Shown here: piece by piece, positions 11,601 through 23,373 of the stretch | How the letters are laid out: each line of letters begins with the position of its first letter | How positions within the stretch are numbered: position 1 is the stretch's first letter | Assembly: GCA_000165345.1 (NCBI GenBank) | Contig: CM000434.1 | Coordinates: 128,001 to 192,000 of the forward strand | Length of the DNA stretch: 64,000 nt | Direction of reading: 5' to 3' | Notes under the pieces: model-generated | Databases searched by the model: none | Seen by the model: the letters and a program-made list of their open reading frames with translations, nothing else | What the model was told of the DNA's origin: nothing | Position numbers and translations under genes: made by a program

Positions 11601-12227
11601 AGTTATTACGCTTTTGCAAGAGTTGACAATATTTCGGCAAAGCTTATTAAGGATGAAGTAGTTTTTGTTAAGAATAATAAATTGGAAAATAATTCAGAAC
11701 TTAATCCCAACGAAGAAAAAGTGACTGATAATTGTGATTCATTAAATAATAATATTATGGATGAATACAAAGATCCTCAGAATGAATCATTAATTAACAA
11801 GAATCAACAATCTCCATACAATGTTTTAAATAACCTTATTAATGTAATTAAGAAAAGAGGTAATAATAATTCTTCAAAGAAATTCCATAAGGAAATATTA
11901 CTTTCAAAATCACGTGGTATACGCCATATAGTTTCTGAAATGAGAAAACAAAACCCTCTTCCAATTATTAATATATCCCCAAGTGGAGGAATTGTTTCCG
12001 TCAATAATGCTATAGCGTTTTCTTCAAATCATTTAAATAAAGATTTTGAAATTTCTCAAATTAATAACCAAGACCAAAGCAATTCTTCTTTTAAAGTTCA
12101 AAAGGGCGACCATTTAACAAATAATTCCAATATAGATGATATGAATATTTGGAATTTACATGCAAAACTTCATCCATATTATTATATTGCCAGAGGAATA
12201 CTACGTAATCAGTTTGCTATTTTATAA
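8637..12227 (+). CDS. CPSF2: Cleavage and polyadenylation specificity factor 100 kDa subunit (CPSF2), a non-catalytic metallo-beta-lactamase/beta-CASP protein with large low-complexity insertions
   Basis: The N-terminus ISLKPICSGVIKGNALRINNCLIWFDFGIE corresponds to CPSF2 IKLTTLSGVQEESALCYLL...FLLDCGWDE. INLKALPSGFELGSTIWSM corresponds to LSITPLPAGHMIGGTIWKI. The C-terminus YYIARGILRNQFAIL corresponds to FYRIRDLLYEQYAIV. The catalytic His motif of CPSF73 is absent, as expected for CPSF100. The protein contains a 35-residue poly-Ser run and N/D-rich inserts. Confidence 0.75.
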   Translation: MINISLKPICSGVIKGNALRINNCLIWFDFGIENESKFDRSALLDLELPHLILLTNFPKTFIGGLPILHKLLTEKGISCKIPVICTEPIFRFGNNILCDIIQSMSIRDQERGLQYTCDKEDNKGFKQLPFTNEDIEGILGENVCRLRYYQSFNIQLLHNDNNMNDDNSSLTSINLKALPSGFELGSTIWSMTINSISDSWEFVYVSEVASHPYWHVTPSDLGRLNKPDLLMLGVNTSNILKIPNNLSFSMSSDFGNDFKKCNNRLISIKKFVNTILDCIKKNKTGTILIPMQLDSLLLEILCYLDAIWNKGKILYPIFVTSPLIKSFLLSVKTLIEWMSLEIRSEFCDSRFNPFHDLKNIILETNLKNIRSENLSKVPKVIFAFPESMDYGYSRELFTELATNENNTIMFVREPKENTFAHYIWNKELELRRSDQSCIHSLIHSDNHSIQIPTNILENNHELSYSIELPMIRFTPYRQDELYAMYLSHKESNNAGNNLNQNSDDINKKLDDQGVNSANLELDNGDIKLEDCDINKKDVEMNIENESTSIYNDDNHCNNDNNNTDIVCNNNELNNKTSYSCILLSSNNNNSDNCVKNDDMSNINNNGIDYVNDQNVSSSIQTQIEFLRSKLVPVNVDDELLNLNSLSSSSSSSSSTSSSSSSSSSSSSSSSSSSSSNFHISGQNSSTKQTKDDYGCLLDEQTLQSIIDSWKDASSDLDISSYNLKLNDEVVKDNKLKLDSVGNDSSIISSFDNSNNNDDSNNNKIRILAPKRRRNVDRISNIKDDVLPEIKEGEVTLDSNGNSDPILNRNTKLGGRLSSMLSIDSNNTAFANNIPEWRIHFRQILGGTEPFRITHEMSKIEVRSRVILTDGLELKNEISSLLPLLNCSNPKTIILVSDCKDSKEENILKYYKSILMSLPNSPKNIVSSKIDDNNLIEFTLDESVEIVSFDNSVWDEVSTGGFQLVQNGSAPSAALQESSLNNNRKNEISSYYAFARVDNISAKLIKDEVVFVKNNKLENNSELNPNEEKVTDNCDSLNNNIMDEYKDPQNESLINKNQQSPYNVLNNLINVIKKRGNNNSSKKFHKEILLSKSRGIRHIVSEMRKQNPLPIINISPSGGIVSVNNAIAFSSNHLNKDFEISQINNQDQSNSSFKVQKGDHLTNNSNIDDMNIWNLHAKLHPYYYIARGILRNQFAIL
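10569..10660 (+). repeat. Imperfect (TCT/TCA/TCG)n tract encoding about 35 consecutive Ser inside CPSF100
   Basis: Trinucleotide tract seen directly. It lies in frame within the CDS. Confidence 0.85.
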
Positions 12228-12787
12228 GTTATTTAAAATTAGCTTAAATTTTAAGAAACTTCTTCTTTACTAGATTTATTATATTTTTTTAATTAATTAA
12301 GTTAAATTATATACGTGTCATTGTTTTTTTTTGTCCACATAAAATATATTGACTCAAACTTGTATACCGGTATTTGCATGCATTATTGCGCAATTACCGA
12401 ATGCAATTTTTTTGAAATTAATTTCTTGTCCACTTAACGCGGACGATAATAAAAATAATTATATAAAAAAAGTCAAAAAGTAAAATAAAATTTATTAAAT
12501 TAAAAAAATAATAAATTTATGTATAAGATATAATTAATGAAAGAGAACAATGATATATTTAAAGGAAAGAATATAGATGGGAAGATTTTGGTTCCATTGT
12601 CATTCCATAATTCAAAGAAAAGCAGGTAAGTAATTGGTTAATCTAAATTGAATAATATAATAAATAATTAATATACTTATATAATATATATATTTTTAGT
12701 TCACCAATATTAATATCTCAAGATTTATCAGAAAAGTTATTTAAAAAGTATGGCAATCAAGAAAATTATTTTGAAATTATTAGCCAT

Positions 12788-15700
12788 TTGAATCCAGAGT
12801 GTGATGTTATTTATTTTCAGTTGAATAATAGAATTGTGACGGAAAATTTTAATATTGGAGGATTATCAGTTTTAGACTATGTGGTTAGAAGTTCAGGTAT
12901 ACCATTAATTAGACAAGAAGTAGAAATAAGAAAAGTTATATCAAAGAAAGATATTGAATTAACAATAGTTGAATTATCTTTGCCAGAAATACATATATCA
13001 CCAAGAGATTTATGGTATTATGAGAAATCTTTAGTTGGTAAAATACTTTATAATGGAATTTCACCACAAATTACTTATGAAATTAATCAATATTTACCAA
13101 TAAGTATTACAAGAATGGGAAATGAAAATGAAGAAAATAATATGAATAAAAAAATAATCATTTCAGGATTAGTTACAGATGATACTACATTCTTTATAAG
13201 ACCAAAGTCTGTAAGAATTATATTTATTGTGATTATTTCAAAAGAATTTTTTTGTTTTTCCAGTAATGGTTTTCCATGGTGGAGAGGAATTATTTCATTT
13301 TTCAAAGAATATTTAACATCAAATAAACAATCTATAGAGCATCATTATATTACAATACTTTTAGCATGGAAAGTTAAAGAAGAAACAAAAACTATGGATT
13401 ATTATCAAGTTTTTTGGGAGGGAGTTCTTTCTCATATTACATTAAGTCAAACAAGTATTAATAAATTTGTTGAGAAATTAAGAAATATAATGATTTCATT
13501 TCAAAAAAATCAGAATCTAATTAAGAGTTTAGTATCATATTGTGAATCAAATATTTTGGAATCTATTAATCTTGCAGTAACACAATTACAAAATGATTTA
13601 ATTGATGGATCTATTGTATGGACAGGAAGAAATATTAAAGTACTTAGTTCAGGTCCTCCAATTATTATAAGTGACTTAGAAAATTATCAAAGATTACTAA
13701 ATTTATCAAAAATCACAGAAGTTAGATTTCTAAAGACATCAATTACTTGTGATTTTATATCTTTCTCTGAGCTTAATTGGTATCATTTTTTAACTATATA
13801 TATAGTAAAAATAAAAAATAGTCTTTATCAAGAAACACTTAAAGAAATTAAATTAAAGATTCCAATAACAATTTCATATTACAAGATTAAAAATATATTT
13901 TATAATGATTATAATGGCAATTTCAACTTATCATCTACAATTACCTTGTTAGATGAATATATAGATGATAAGTTTTATTTTAAACAAAGTAAAATTCAAA
14001 TTGAAGATAATGAAAATGAAGATGATTGTGAAAGTGATATTGATTTAATTTTAAGTGGTAAAGATTTAGTGGTGAGAAATATATCAAGCTTTGTAAATAA
14101 AAAAGAAAGTTTTGAATATAGTTTGAGTGACTTTGATAATTTTTCTAAAGATCTTTCTTCAAATAATAAGCCTAAAGATTATCAGTATATAAATGAAATT
14201 GAATTATTAAGTCATTCACTTGGAACTTTATTATTGCCTTTAACTACAAGTAACTTAAGTAAAATTGATATTGAGAAAAATATTTCTAATTCAAAGGATT
14301 TAATATTAAGTGAGATTCAAAGAACATCAAATTGGACATTAACTCCCAGAAAAGAGTTGTTTCTGGCATATATTTGGAAAAATTATCGAATAAATAATCC
14401 AAAACTGATTAATTGTGATTTTATCGATTATTCAACATTTACTGATAAATCTGAAAATAAAGATATAAATATTGAGATTTTAAGATTAATATATTACGAA
14501 TTGATTGTACACAGAATGTCAATGTCTTTTCAAATTTCAACTTTCAAATCAAATAGTATTATAAGTCATTATAATTCAGAAAATATACAAATGTTAAAGT
14601 GCTATAATAGCTTAAGTAATAATATTATTCCAAATTATAATTGCATTCACCAATTAATTTTACTTAAAGAAGATAATAATATTTTAGTTGAAGTTATTGA
14701 TGCAATTATACAAGATAATAGTAATAACAGTACTAGCGCTGGAATTGGTATCAGTACAAGTACAAATACAAATATTAATACTGGTAATTGTACTAAAAAT
14801 GATAATATGAGCTCAAATTTGAATTCAAATATTATTAATAATAGCTCAAATAATAATGATAATGGTAATAACAAAAATGAAACATTTTCTATTGAAGTAA
14901 ATCAAGAAAATAATTCAGTACCATTTTATACATTTCTACCAAAATCTATTATTAATTCACAAGATATTAATGAAAATGAATTAAAAAATATAATAATTAA
15001 TTACAAATATGAATATTTTCTTTATAGAAGTAAAAACCATGACTACAATGATATAATTTCTGAAAAGCCGTTAAAAGGTAAATATATTAAATACTATACA
15101 ATTTTTAATAATTTNNCTAATGTTAACTTTAGTACAGNGGANGANATNNNNGTCTNGCAANGNGANATTCCTTTTATTAATGAACTCATAAATGAATCAT
15201 TTAATGAATTACTTAATTACAACTTTGACAAGAATAATTTGGATTATTATTATCTTTTAACATCATATATATCTGGCTTATCAATCAGTTACATTCACTT
15301 TGCATTTATTCCTTTTGTTAAAACTAATAATACTAGTACAAATATTATTAATTTCTACACCAATAAATCTGAACAAAATAAAAATGTTACTAATGATATT
15401 TTAAATTTTGATCAAGATAATAAATTTGAAATTTTAGATTGTTATTCAAATTATTACAAAGATTGTTGTTTGGCAAGTATTCTTAATAATTGGATTAAAA
15501 TTAATTCAGTAAATAATGATCAATTAAAGGAAATGGTTGATTATAATATTGGTAAGATTGATGATGAATGTTTAAATATGAAAAATTTAAAGAAGATTTC
15601 AGAAATTAATATCAAAAGTTTAATCAAATCATTAGAATCATTCTTTTTTAAAAATGCACCTTCAAATATTGATCATTCATTTAATATTGAAATTATGAAT

Positions 15701-16264
15701 GATCATAATTATTTGAAAAATGAAAGAAAATCTATAAAAATTTTATATTCTTGGTGTGAGACTTTTGAACATATTAAAGAAGAATATGAATCTGAATCAA
15801 AAGAAAAATACAGGGAAATTAATCTTAATTNTAACAATAATAACAATAATAATAATAATATTAATGTTAATCATAATGGTATTGATAATATTGATACCAA
15901 TAATTTTGAACCTATTAATTGGTTTGTAATATACTATGATTCTATATGGCATTCTCTTTTACCATTAAAATTTTCAATTGGGTGGTTAACTTGTCCATCA
16001 ATTCTAATTTCAAGAATTGTAAGAAAACTTAAATCAATTCTACTCAATTATAACTTTACATTAATGCAATTAAGATCATCTGATGTCTATTCATCATATG
16101 AAATTTTTCCAGACAACTCAATCTTATCATCATATACTCCATTAAATCCACCATATCTTATCAAATTCAAAAAATCTATTTCAAATAACACTTTGAAATT
16201 ATTACTTAAAAAATTTATATCTTTTCCACTTTCTTTACAACTTATATATTTNGNNCAAAGGTAA
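12788..16264 (+). CDS. Large hypothetical protein (at least 1158 aa), N/I/S-rich. The ORF is interrupted by ambiguous bases. The annotated start is a TTG, so the true 5' end is uncertain.
   Basis: Long uninterrupted ORF with a coding-like, non-repetitive N-terminal half. Runs of n at 15115-15170, 15830 and 16252-16260 give X residues. The first codon at 12788 is TTG, not ATG. A candidate upstream ATG exon is discussed in the findings. I recognise no family. Confidence 0.5.
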   Translation: MNPECDVIYFQLNNRIVTENFNIGGLSVLDYVVRSSGIPLIRQEVEIRKVISKKDIELTIVELSLPEIHISPRDLWYYEKSLVGKILYNGISPQITYEINQYLPISITRMGNENEENNMNKKIIISGLVTDDTTFFIRPKSVRIIFIVIISKEFFCFSSNGFPWWRGIISFFKEYLTSNKQSIEHHYITILLAWKVKEETKTMDYYQVFWEGVLSHITLSQTSINKFVEKLRNIMISFQKNQNLIKSLVSYCESNILESINLAVTQLQNDLIDGSIVWTGRNIKVLSSGPPIIISDLENYQRLLNLSKITEVRFLKTSITCDFISFSELNWYHFLTIYIVKIKNSLYQETLKEIKLKIPITISYYKIKNIFYNDYNGNFNLSSTITLLDEYIDDKFYFKQSKIQIEDNENEDDCESDIDLILSGKDLVVRNISSFVNKKESFEYSLSDFDNFSKDLSSNNKPKDYQYINEIELLSHSLGTLLLPLTTSNLSKIDIEKNISNSKDLILSEIQRTSNWTLTPRKELFLAYIWKNYRINNPKLINCDFIDYSTFTDKSENKDINIEILRLIYYELIVHRMSMSFQISTFKSNSIISHYNSENIQMLKCYNSLSNNIIPNYNCIHQLILLKEDNNILVEVIDAIIQDNSNNSTSAGIGISTSTNTNINTGNCTKNDNMSSNLNSNIINNSSNNNDNGNNKNETFSIEVNQENNSVPFYTFLPKSIINSQDINENELKNIIINYKYEYFLYRSKNHDYNDIISEKPLKGKYIKYYTIFNNXXNVNFSTXXXXXVXQXXIPFINELINESFNELLNYNFDKNNLDYYYLLTSYISGLSISYIHFAFIPFVKTNNTSTNIINFYTNKSEQNKNVTNDILNFDQDNKFEILDCYSNYYKDCCLASILNNWIKINSVNNDQLKEMVDYNIGKIDDECLNMKNLKKISEINIKSLIKSLESFFFKNAPSNIDHSFNIEIMNDHNYLKNERKSIKILYSWCETFEHIKEEYESESKEKYREINLNXNNNNNNNNNINVNHNGIDNIDTNNFEPINWFVIYYDSIWHSLLPLKFSIGWLTCPSILISRIVRKLKSILLNYNFTLMQLRSSDVYSSYEIFPDNSILSSYTPLNPPYLIKFKKSISNNTLKLLLKKFISFPLSLQLIYXXQR

Positions 16265-17520
16265 TTCTATTTCAAGATTTTTTTCTTGNGGAATNCTCAT
16301 AGTATATATTCATTGGAATTAAATCAAAATGCTATATTGGTAAGAATTTAATTATTATCAATATTTTGGAAAAATCCATTTTCAATATGATTCATTTTCC
16401 TATACTTAAATGTCCTTGGTTCAAGTTCAATGTTTGATCCAAGTTGGAGAAATNATATATTTCATTTTCATTTNAAACATATCAAAATAATTGTCAAAAA
16501 CATGCATATTNACCGGTNAAATNACAATTACATGCAATTTTGGTTAAATGAAAGCCCGCCNTGTCTTGAAAAATATNACTATAGAATTAAATACAAAAAG
16601 GCAAAAATNNNCACAAAAAAAAAAAANGTTNTAATTAANGNAAAAATTTTGAATTTTGGTGATTTTTTTTGTGTGGAGATGGTAAAAAANAGTGAAAAAT
16701 ACGTTGATTAACTTTGATTAATGTAGAAAANAANTAGTGACACTTGGTAGCTTGGAAAGCATTAAATTAAAGCTTGGTAAGAATTNTTTNTGAGAAAATT
16801 AATGGAATTNAACAANGAAAATTTAATTTANAACTAANAGTCATTTTTGAATCANAAGATGATANAATATTNAAACTTATCACTGATTATATTCATTTAA
16901 TGAATAGAAGAGTATGTGGTNGAAATCAAAATAATAATGATACTAATTCTCTGNATATTATGTGATNCAATAATTCAAGAATGTGAAACAAAGAATGGTA
17001 AGAAGAAATTTACTGTATTATTATCAAAAAGTGAAGATTTGGAAATTATTTCAAATGAAATGGATTCACAAAATAATCAAGATACTGGTCTATTATATTA
17101 ATTGGAAAATAAGAGATAGAACAAAANCACTATGAATTAGTGGGATTATTATCTCAATCAATTATTTCTGAGTTTATTTTTCCAAACTCTATTCTACAAT
17201 ATTCAAATTCTAGATTATTTTTAACTTTATTATCATCCAATAATCAAGAATTAATATGGAGTTCTAATACTTTCTTAATGAATAATTTTATTAAATACAA
17301 GACAATTGATGAAGTAGAAAATAATCAAATAAATGATGATAATACAATGATATATTTAACTACTTTACAAAGTAATAATGGTAATAGTAATGGAAACCTT
17401 TTTATGTTTACAATGAATCAAAAAATAGAATAATCAATAAAAACCAAGTTAAGTTTTGAAGGTATTAAAAAATATAAAATTAAAGAGATTATTGAAAGAA
17501 GTATTAGATTACATAGATTA
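16265..17520 (+). other. Low-quality stretch with many n bases. It contains fragmentary + strand ORFs (16774-17101, 17140-17433) that may belong to a single gene, possibly continuous with the flanking ORFs.
   Basis: Dozens of ambiguous bases. The ORF pieces lie in different frames with coding-like segments (ECETKNGKKKFTVLLSKSEDLEIISNEMD; LTTLQSNNGNSNG). A reliable gene model is not possible from this sequence. Confidence 0.25.
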
Positions 17521-18318
17521 TTGGCTAAATATAGAAATCATTTGGAAAATTACCATTCTCTTAAATTAAAATGTGCTCATCAAAATAAATGGATTACTAA
17601 TGATAATAACAGTAATAATCAACCATTTCAATCCATTTTTCATTTTAATAATAATCAAATTAATAAAAATGAATCACAATTATTAAATAATAATGATCTA
17701 GATATTATTAATTTAAAGAAAAAACAAGAAAAAGAAAAAATTGATAATTATATTAAAGAATTTGAAAGTAAACATAATGAATTAATTGAATTAATTAATC
17801 AAAATAAAATGGATATTGAAAAAAATACTTATAATATTATTGAATTAAATAAAGAAATTAATATATATAGAAATGATTTAATAAATAAAATTTCATATTG
17901 TATATATCCAATTTCTATTGAAAAGAAAACTTCAAATTTCAAAATTAGAAATATGTTACTTCCATTAATTAATGTAATACAAAATTTGGATAATAAACAA
18001 GATTTGGAAATATCAACAACATTAGGATTTTCATTACATTATTTACAATTAATTTATAATATATTGGAATTACCTTGTTCAAATAATATTATTGTAAAAG
18101 GATCATTTTCTACTATTAATAATAATCCATTATATTCTTATCCTAATATGAATAAAAAACAAATTACTAAAGCATTAAAATTATATAAATCAATAATTTA
18201 TAATATACTCAATTATTTTAATGTTAATCATGCTAATTCAAAAAAGATATTATTTACAAATAATATATTACTTATGCTTTTAACAGTTACAAGTTATATG
18301 AAAAATTACCAAAACTAA
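17521..18318 (+). CDS. Hypothetical protein fragment, K/N/E-rich, probably coiled-coil. The 5' end is uncertain: the ORF opens with TTG and the first ATG is about 97 codons in.
   Basis: ORF of 265 codons ending at TAA. It is convergent with the ATP synthase alpha 3' end. No family recognised. Confidence 0.35.
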   Translation: MAKYRNHLENYHSLKLKCAHQNKWITNDNNSNNQPFQSIFHFNNNQINKNESQLLNNNDLDIINLKKKQEKEKIDNYIKEFESKHNELIELINQNKMDIEKNTYNIIELNKEINIYRNDLINKISYCIYPISIEKKTSNFKIRNMLLPLINVIQNLDNKQDLEISTTLGFSLHYLQLIYNILELPCSNNIIVKGSFSTINNNPLYSYPNMNKKQITKALKLYKSIIYNILNYFNVNHANSKKILFTNNILLMLLTVTSYMKNYQN

Positions 18319-18321
18319 TAA

Positions 18322-19211
<890 letters not shown>

Positions 19212-19291
19212 CTAAAGAATATAAATAAAATAAAATATTAAAGTTATTGAATAATTTTTTTTTTATATTAAATTAAATTAAACTAACTTAC
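19212..19291 (-). other. 80-nt spliceosomal intron of the ATP synthase alpha gene (GTAAGTTAGTTT...TTTATATTCTTTAG)
   Basis: On the minus strand the reading frame TAT G|GTAAGT ... TCTTTAG|AT GCT TTA AAA TAT restores the conserved alpha-subunit sequence [44 protein letters not shown]. Without splicing, an in-frame stop follows the donor. The donor is the consensus GTAAGT. The acceptor is a pyrimidine-rich tract ending TAG. Confidence 0.85.
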
Positions 19292-20321
19292 CATATTTTT
19301 CCAGAATTTTAACAATTTGAGCAACACTTGATCTTTTTTGACCAATAGCAACATATATACAATATTTTCTGGTTTTAATATCATCATAAAATTTTCTTTG
19401 ATTAAGAATAATATCTAAAACAAGAGAAGTTTTACCAGTTTGTCTATCACCAACAATAGCTTCTCTTTGTCCTAATCCAATAGGTATAAGAGAATCAATA
19501 AATTTTATACCAGTAATAAGTTGTTCATTAATAGGTTTTCTATCCATAATACCTGGAGCTTTAACATCAATTTCTCTTTTTTCTAAAGAAATAATGGAAG
19601 GTTTACCATCAATAGGATTTCCTAAAGCATCAACGACTCTACCAAGAAGTTCTTTACCAACTGGACAATTAACAATAGTATTGGTTGAGATAACTTGATC
19701 TCCTTTTCTAATATTTCTATCTTCACCTAATATAACAATACCAACATGATCATTTTCAAGATTTAATGCCATACCTTTTTCTCCAGATGAAAATTCAACT
19801 AATTCTCCATATTTTACTGATCTAATACCATCAACTTGTGCAATTCCATCAGCAACAGATATTACTTGACCAATTCTTTTATTATTATCTTCATGAATTG
19901 TTGTTGTTGAATAATAAGAGGAAAAATGAGTATTTAGATATGAAGATGGTGGAAATAATGATGAAAATAATAATTGTTTATTAAGAAGAGTATTATTGGA
20001 ATAAAAAAATGGTGAATATGAATATGAATTATTATAGAAAGAATTGATATTATTTATAGAAAATGAATAACTTGGGATTTTGTAATATTTTGAAGATACT
20101 TTATTTAATATATTGTAATTTTTATTGTTATTGTTATTTTTAATATTATATATTATAATTTTATTAATAAGATGTCCAAAAAATCCAAAACGATGATTAT
20201 AATTCTTTGAAATATATTGATTAATTCCATAAATGTATTTTGGGATAATATTATAAAAAGAAGTACAATAGCAATGATTAAATAATTTCAGAGCATTAAT
20301 TGAGTTTCTATTAATAATCAT
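19292..20321 (-). CDS. ATP1: ATP synthase F1 alpha subunit, exon 1. It carries a roughly 140-residue N/S/Y-rich N-terminal extension followed by the conserved N-terminal beta-barrel and the Walker A motif (P-loop).
   Basis: [73 protein letters not shown] and [23 protein letters not shown]. The exon ends with the G of a phase-1 codon immediately before GTAAGT. Confidence 0.9.
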
Positions 20322-20566
20322 TTTTCTATTGCTTCTTTTCTTCTTTAATTACATATATAAATATTTTCTTTTAAATTAAAAAAAAAAAAAAAAAGATCAA
20401 CTTTTTAAATACAATATAATATATTGGTTTTGTTATAAGTAATAATTTACATTTTATTAATATTTTAAATGAATTATTTCTTGAATATTATAATATCTCG
20501 ACATATAATACATGTTTTAATATTTTTTTAATTTCCAAAAAAAATATTTTTTTTTTAAATAAAATA

Positions 20567-20590
20567 CGGTACCCGGTACCGTATTAATTA
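20567..20590. promoter_or_regulatory. 23-bp near-perfect palindrome aatacggtacc(c)ggtaccgtatt, about 250 bp upstream of the ATP synthase alpha start
   Basis: Inverted repeat seen directly. It contains two GGTACC cores and is followed by cccgcatgacacgcac. Confidence 0.45.
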
Positions 20591-20808
20591 ATAAATATGC
20601 CCGCATGACACGCACAATTTATATCTTGAGAAGAAATTTTTAATTTTAAGATTAAAAGCAAATGAGGTTTAAATAATAAAAAATAATGATAATAATAATA
20701 ATTATACTACTAACAATAAATAAATTTGACGTTATAATTAATTAAATGAAAATCGATAGACAAAATCTTGATAATTATTTGAATGGTAAATTTTATAAAT
20801 AATATAAA

Positions 20809-21834
20809 TTAAGATGATCCTTTCTGCTCTTCCTGATGAATTTTTTCAAAGTAAGGATGAGCCAAAGCTTCTCTTGGAAGAATTCTCTCAGCATGATCAT
20901 AAACTAGCATTTTATCAAGTAAATCTAAAACAACAGGATTAACAAGATGTTGATTTTCAGCATTGATAAATTTGCTCCATGGTTTTCTAGTATGTCTGCC
21001 AAGTAAATCATCAAAATAAGGTTCCAATTGTTTTTTATATTTAGCAAGATATTCAAATAAACCATCAGTACCTAAAACCCTAGCAATTTTAACAAGTTGA
21101 TCATTGTTATCAACTCCACAAAAGAATGGGTCCCTCTTAAAAATTAATCCAGCTAAAACGCATCCTAAACTCCAGATATCCAAAGAGTAATCATAATATT
21201 GAAAATCAATAAGTAATTCTGGTCCTTTATAGTATCTGCTAGCAACTCTTACGTTATAATCTTGTCTAGGATGATAAAATTCTGCTAAACCCCAATCAAT
21301 TAATCTTAATTCTTTCTTTTTTGGATCAATAATTACATTATGTGGTTTAACATCACGGTGCATAATACCTTGTGAATGACAAAAATCTAATGCTTTTAGA
21401 ATTTGATATATATAAAATCTTATATCATTATCATTAAATGTTGGAAATAAGCTTTTAAAATCAACATTATCAAGGCATTCAAATACAAGACTTATTGTAC
21501 CACTGCTTGGATCTTTTATTATGTCCAACAATTTTACAATATTTGGACCACCATGTAAATTATATAATATTTTTATTTCACGCTTAATTTTCTTTCTTTT
21601 AACCGGTCTAAGTACTTTAATTATTACCTTCTCATTTGTAATCACATTAATTCCTTCAAATACTTCACTGTATTTTCCTCTACCTACTTTTTTAATTATT
21701 TCATAGTTATTTGGGTTACTATATTCAATTTGAAAGCTTTCATAATCCCAATATTCACGAGGTTTATATATATTAACATCTGAATATAATCTTGGAAGTG
21801 GCCATTTATTAGCTGAATTACTATTGTTACTCAT
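20809..21834 (-). CDS. CK2A: Casein kinase II alpha catalytic subunit, 341 aa
   Basis: [36 protein letters not shown] (the CK2 basic cluster), [27 protein letters not shown] (the DWG motif typical of CK2 in place of DFG) and [22 protein letters not shown]. Confidence 0.95.
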   Translation of the reverse strand: MSNNSNSANKWPLPRLYSDVNIYKPREYWDYESFQIEYSNPNNYEIIKKVGRGKYSEVFEGINVITNEKVIIKVLRPVKRKKIKREIKILYNLHGGPNIVKLLDIIKDPSSGTISLVFECLDNVDFKSLFPTFNDNDIRFYIYQILKALDFCHSQGIMHRDVKPHNVIIDPKKKELRLIDWGLAEFYHPRQDYNVRVASRYYKGPELLIDFQYYDYSLDIWSLGCVLAGLIFKRDPFFCGVDNNDQLVKIARVLGTDGLFEYLAKYKKQLEPYFDDLLGRHTRKPWSKFINAENQHLVNPVVLDLLDKMLVYDHAERILPREALAHPYFEKIHQEEQKGSS

Positions 21835-22108
21835 TTTTTTCTTTAATTATTAAACTTTTTTTAATGATTAAAAAAAAAATAATAATAAAATATTTTCTTC
21901 AAATATTATATCTTTCTCTTGATGCTTCAAAAACCTGAGAGTTTACTTGGCTTTCAACTCCTTGCATTTACTAGAGTAGATCTCTTTTCTCACTCTATTT
22001 TCCTATTAACAATTTTCAATTAAAATTCCAGATTCTAAATTAATTTTCTTCCTTCTCTTTTATTCTTTATTTTAATTTATCAATTCTGATAAATATCAAG
22101 TCTCATCA

Positions 22109-22131
22109 TTTGGCGCCAAATCAACGGCGGG
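22109..22131. promoter_or_regulatory. Palindromic E2F site TTTGGCGCCAAA followed by AACGGCGGG, in the divergent CK2A / SFT2-like intergenic region
   Basis: A perfect 12-bp palindrome with a GGCGCC core, plus an adjacent GGCGGG half-site, sitting in AT-rich surroundings. Confidence 0.55.
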
Positions 22132-22573
22132 TTTCAAATAATTAAAAAAAATTTAATTGTTGACTTTTATTATTAATGTTAAATGGATTAATTATTATTT
22201 TTTTTTTTATTAATGAAAAAAATCTACATTCTTATTATTCATATATAGCTACTTTTAAATTGTTGAATTAATTAATTTTATCATTTTATTATTGCATTCA
22301 ATTTCTTAATGTATTATTACCAATAAATTACTCAAATTAATATTAACATTAATTTTCTCTTTCCTTTATTAATAGATATTGGATAGTAATAATAAGAATT
22401 ATTGTTTATTATTACTATTATTCATGATATTAGAAATTAAAATGTAAATATATAGATATATACATGGAAAAATGCCAAATTATATCGCCATAATTTGCAG
22501 TTTATATTTACAATATTATATTAAATTTAATGCTATACTATTTTTTTTAGGACTAATTTAGATGTAACATTTT

Positions 22574-22679
22574 AATGCATGTAATTATTTCTTGTGTGCA
22601 AATATTAAAATTAGTAATTTTTATGTGGACATACCGGTATATAAAAATAAAAATTGCATTACGTGTAAAGTGCATGTAG
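22574..22679. promoter_or_regulatory. Composite promoter module: GCATG ... TGTGGACATACCGGTAT ... TTACGTGT ... GTGCATGTAG
   Basis: The same ordered combination (TGTGGACA or its reverse complement, ACCGGTA, and GCATGC(A)) recurs at 933-1020, 12332-12382, 37951-38060, 48859-48979 and 60448-60550. Confidence 0.5.
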
Positions 22680-23373
22680 ATAAGTTCAAAAATAATAAAA
22701 AAGGGGGGAGAAAATAATTTTCATAAGAATAATTTTATAATAATGAAATTCTTTATTAAACAGGAGCATTAAAAAAATCTTCTATTCTTTTTTAAGTAAA
22801 ATCAGAATATATTATAAAAATAAAATCAGTCATTGTTAAGAAATAAAGAATTTTATATTTTTGTGTGGTAATATTAATTAAGAATATTTAAAGCAAATCA
22901 ATCATTTTCAGAGAAACAAATTAACAATTTTTACATTTTAATTATAAGCTAAATCAATTTAAATTTGTAATAATATATATATTGAAAATTAATATTAATA
23001 TTAAAAAATATATATATATATTATTAGATGATTATTGCGAATCAATATTTTAAAAAAAAAAAATTAATATTACACAAAACGGCGGGCAAATTATTTGATT
23101 TATTGCAAGCGGGTGACATTAAATTATTTAAGAAGAAAAAAATAATTAAAAGTATTTAAGCCGAACAACAAATAAGTGTAAGAAAAAAAATCTTATTATT
23201 AGATTTTTGGAAGTATAAATACATAAATAAAAGCATATTTTCATAAATTCATTCATTCAAATTCATTATCAACTATATTAAGAATTTCTAAGCTTTATTT
23301 GAAAATATATTGGGTAGTAATATTTGCAAAAATCACAAGGTTAAAATAGAATTGTAGAAAGAATCAACTAAAA

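Noticed and set aside
15830-15870. Runs of N in translated proteins (X residues) and n in DNA
   Set aside because: These are ambiguous base calls in a draft assembly, not biological features. They are distinct from the genuine poly-Asn (AAT)n tracts at 18500-18540 and 56340-56380.
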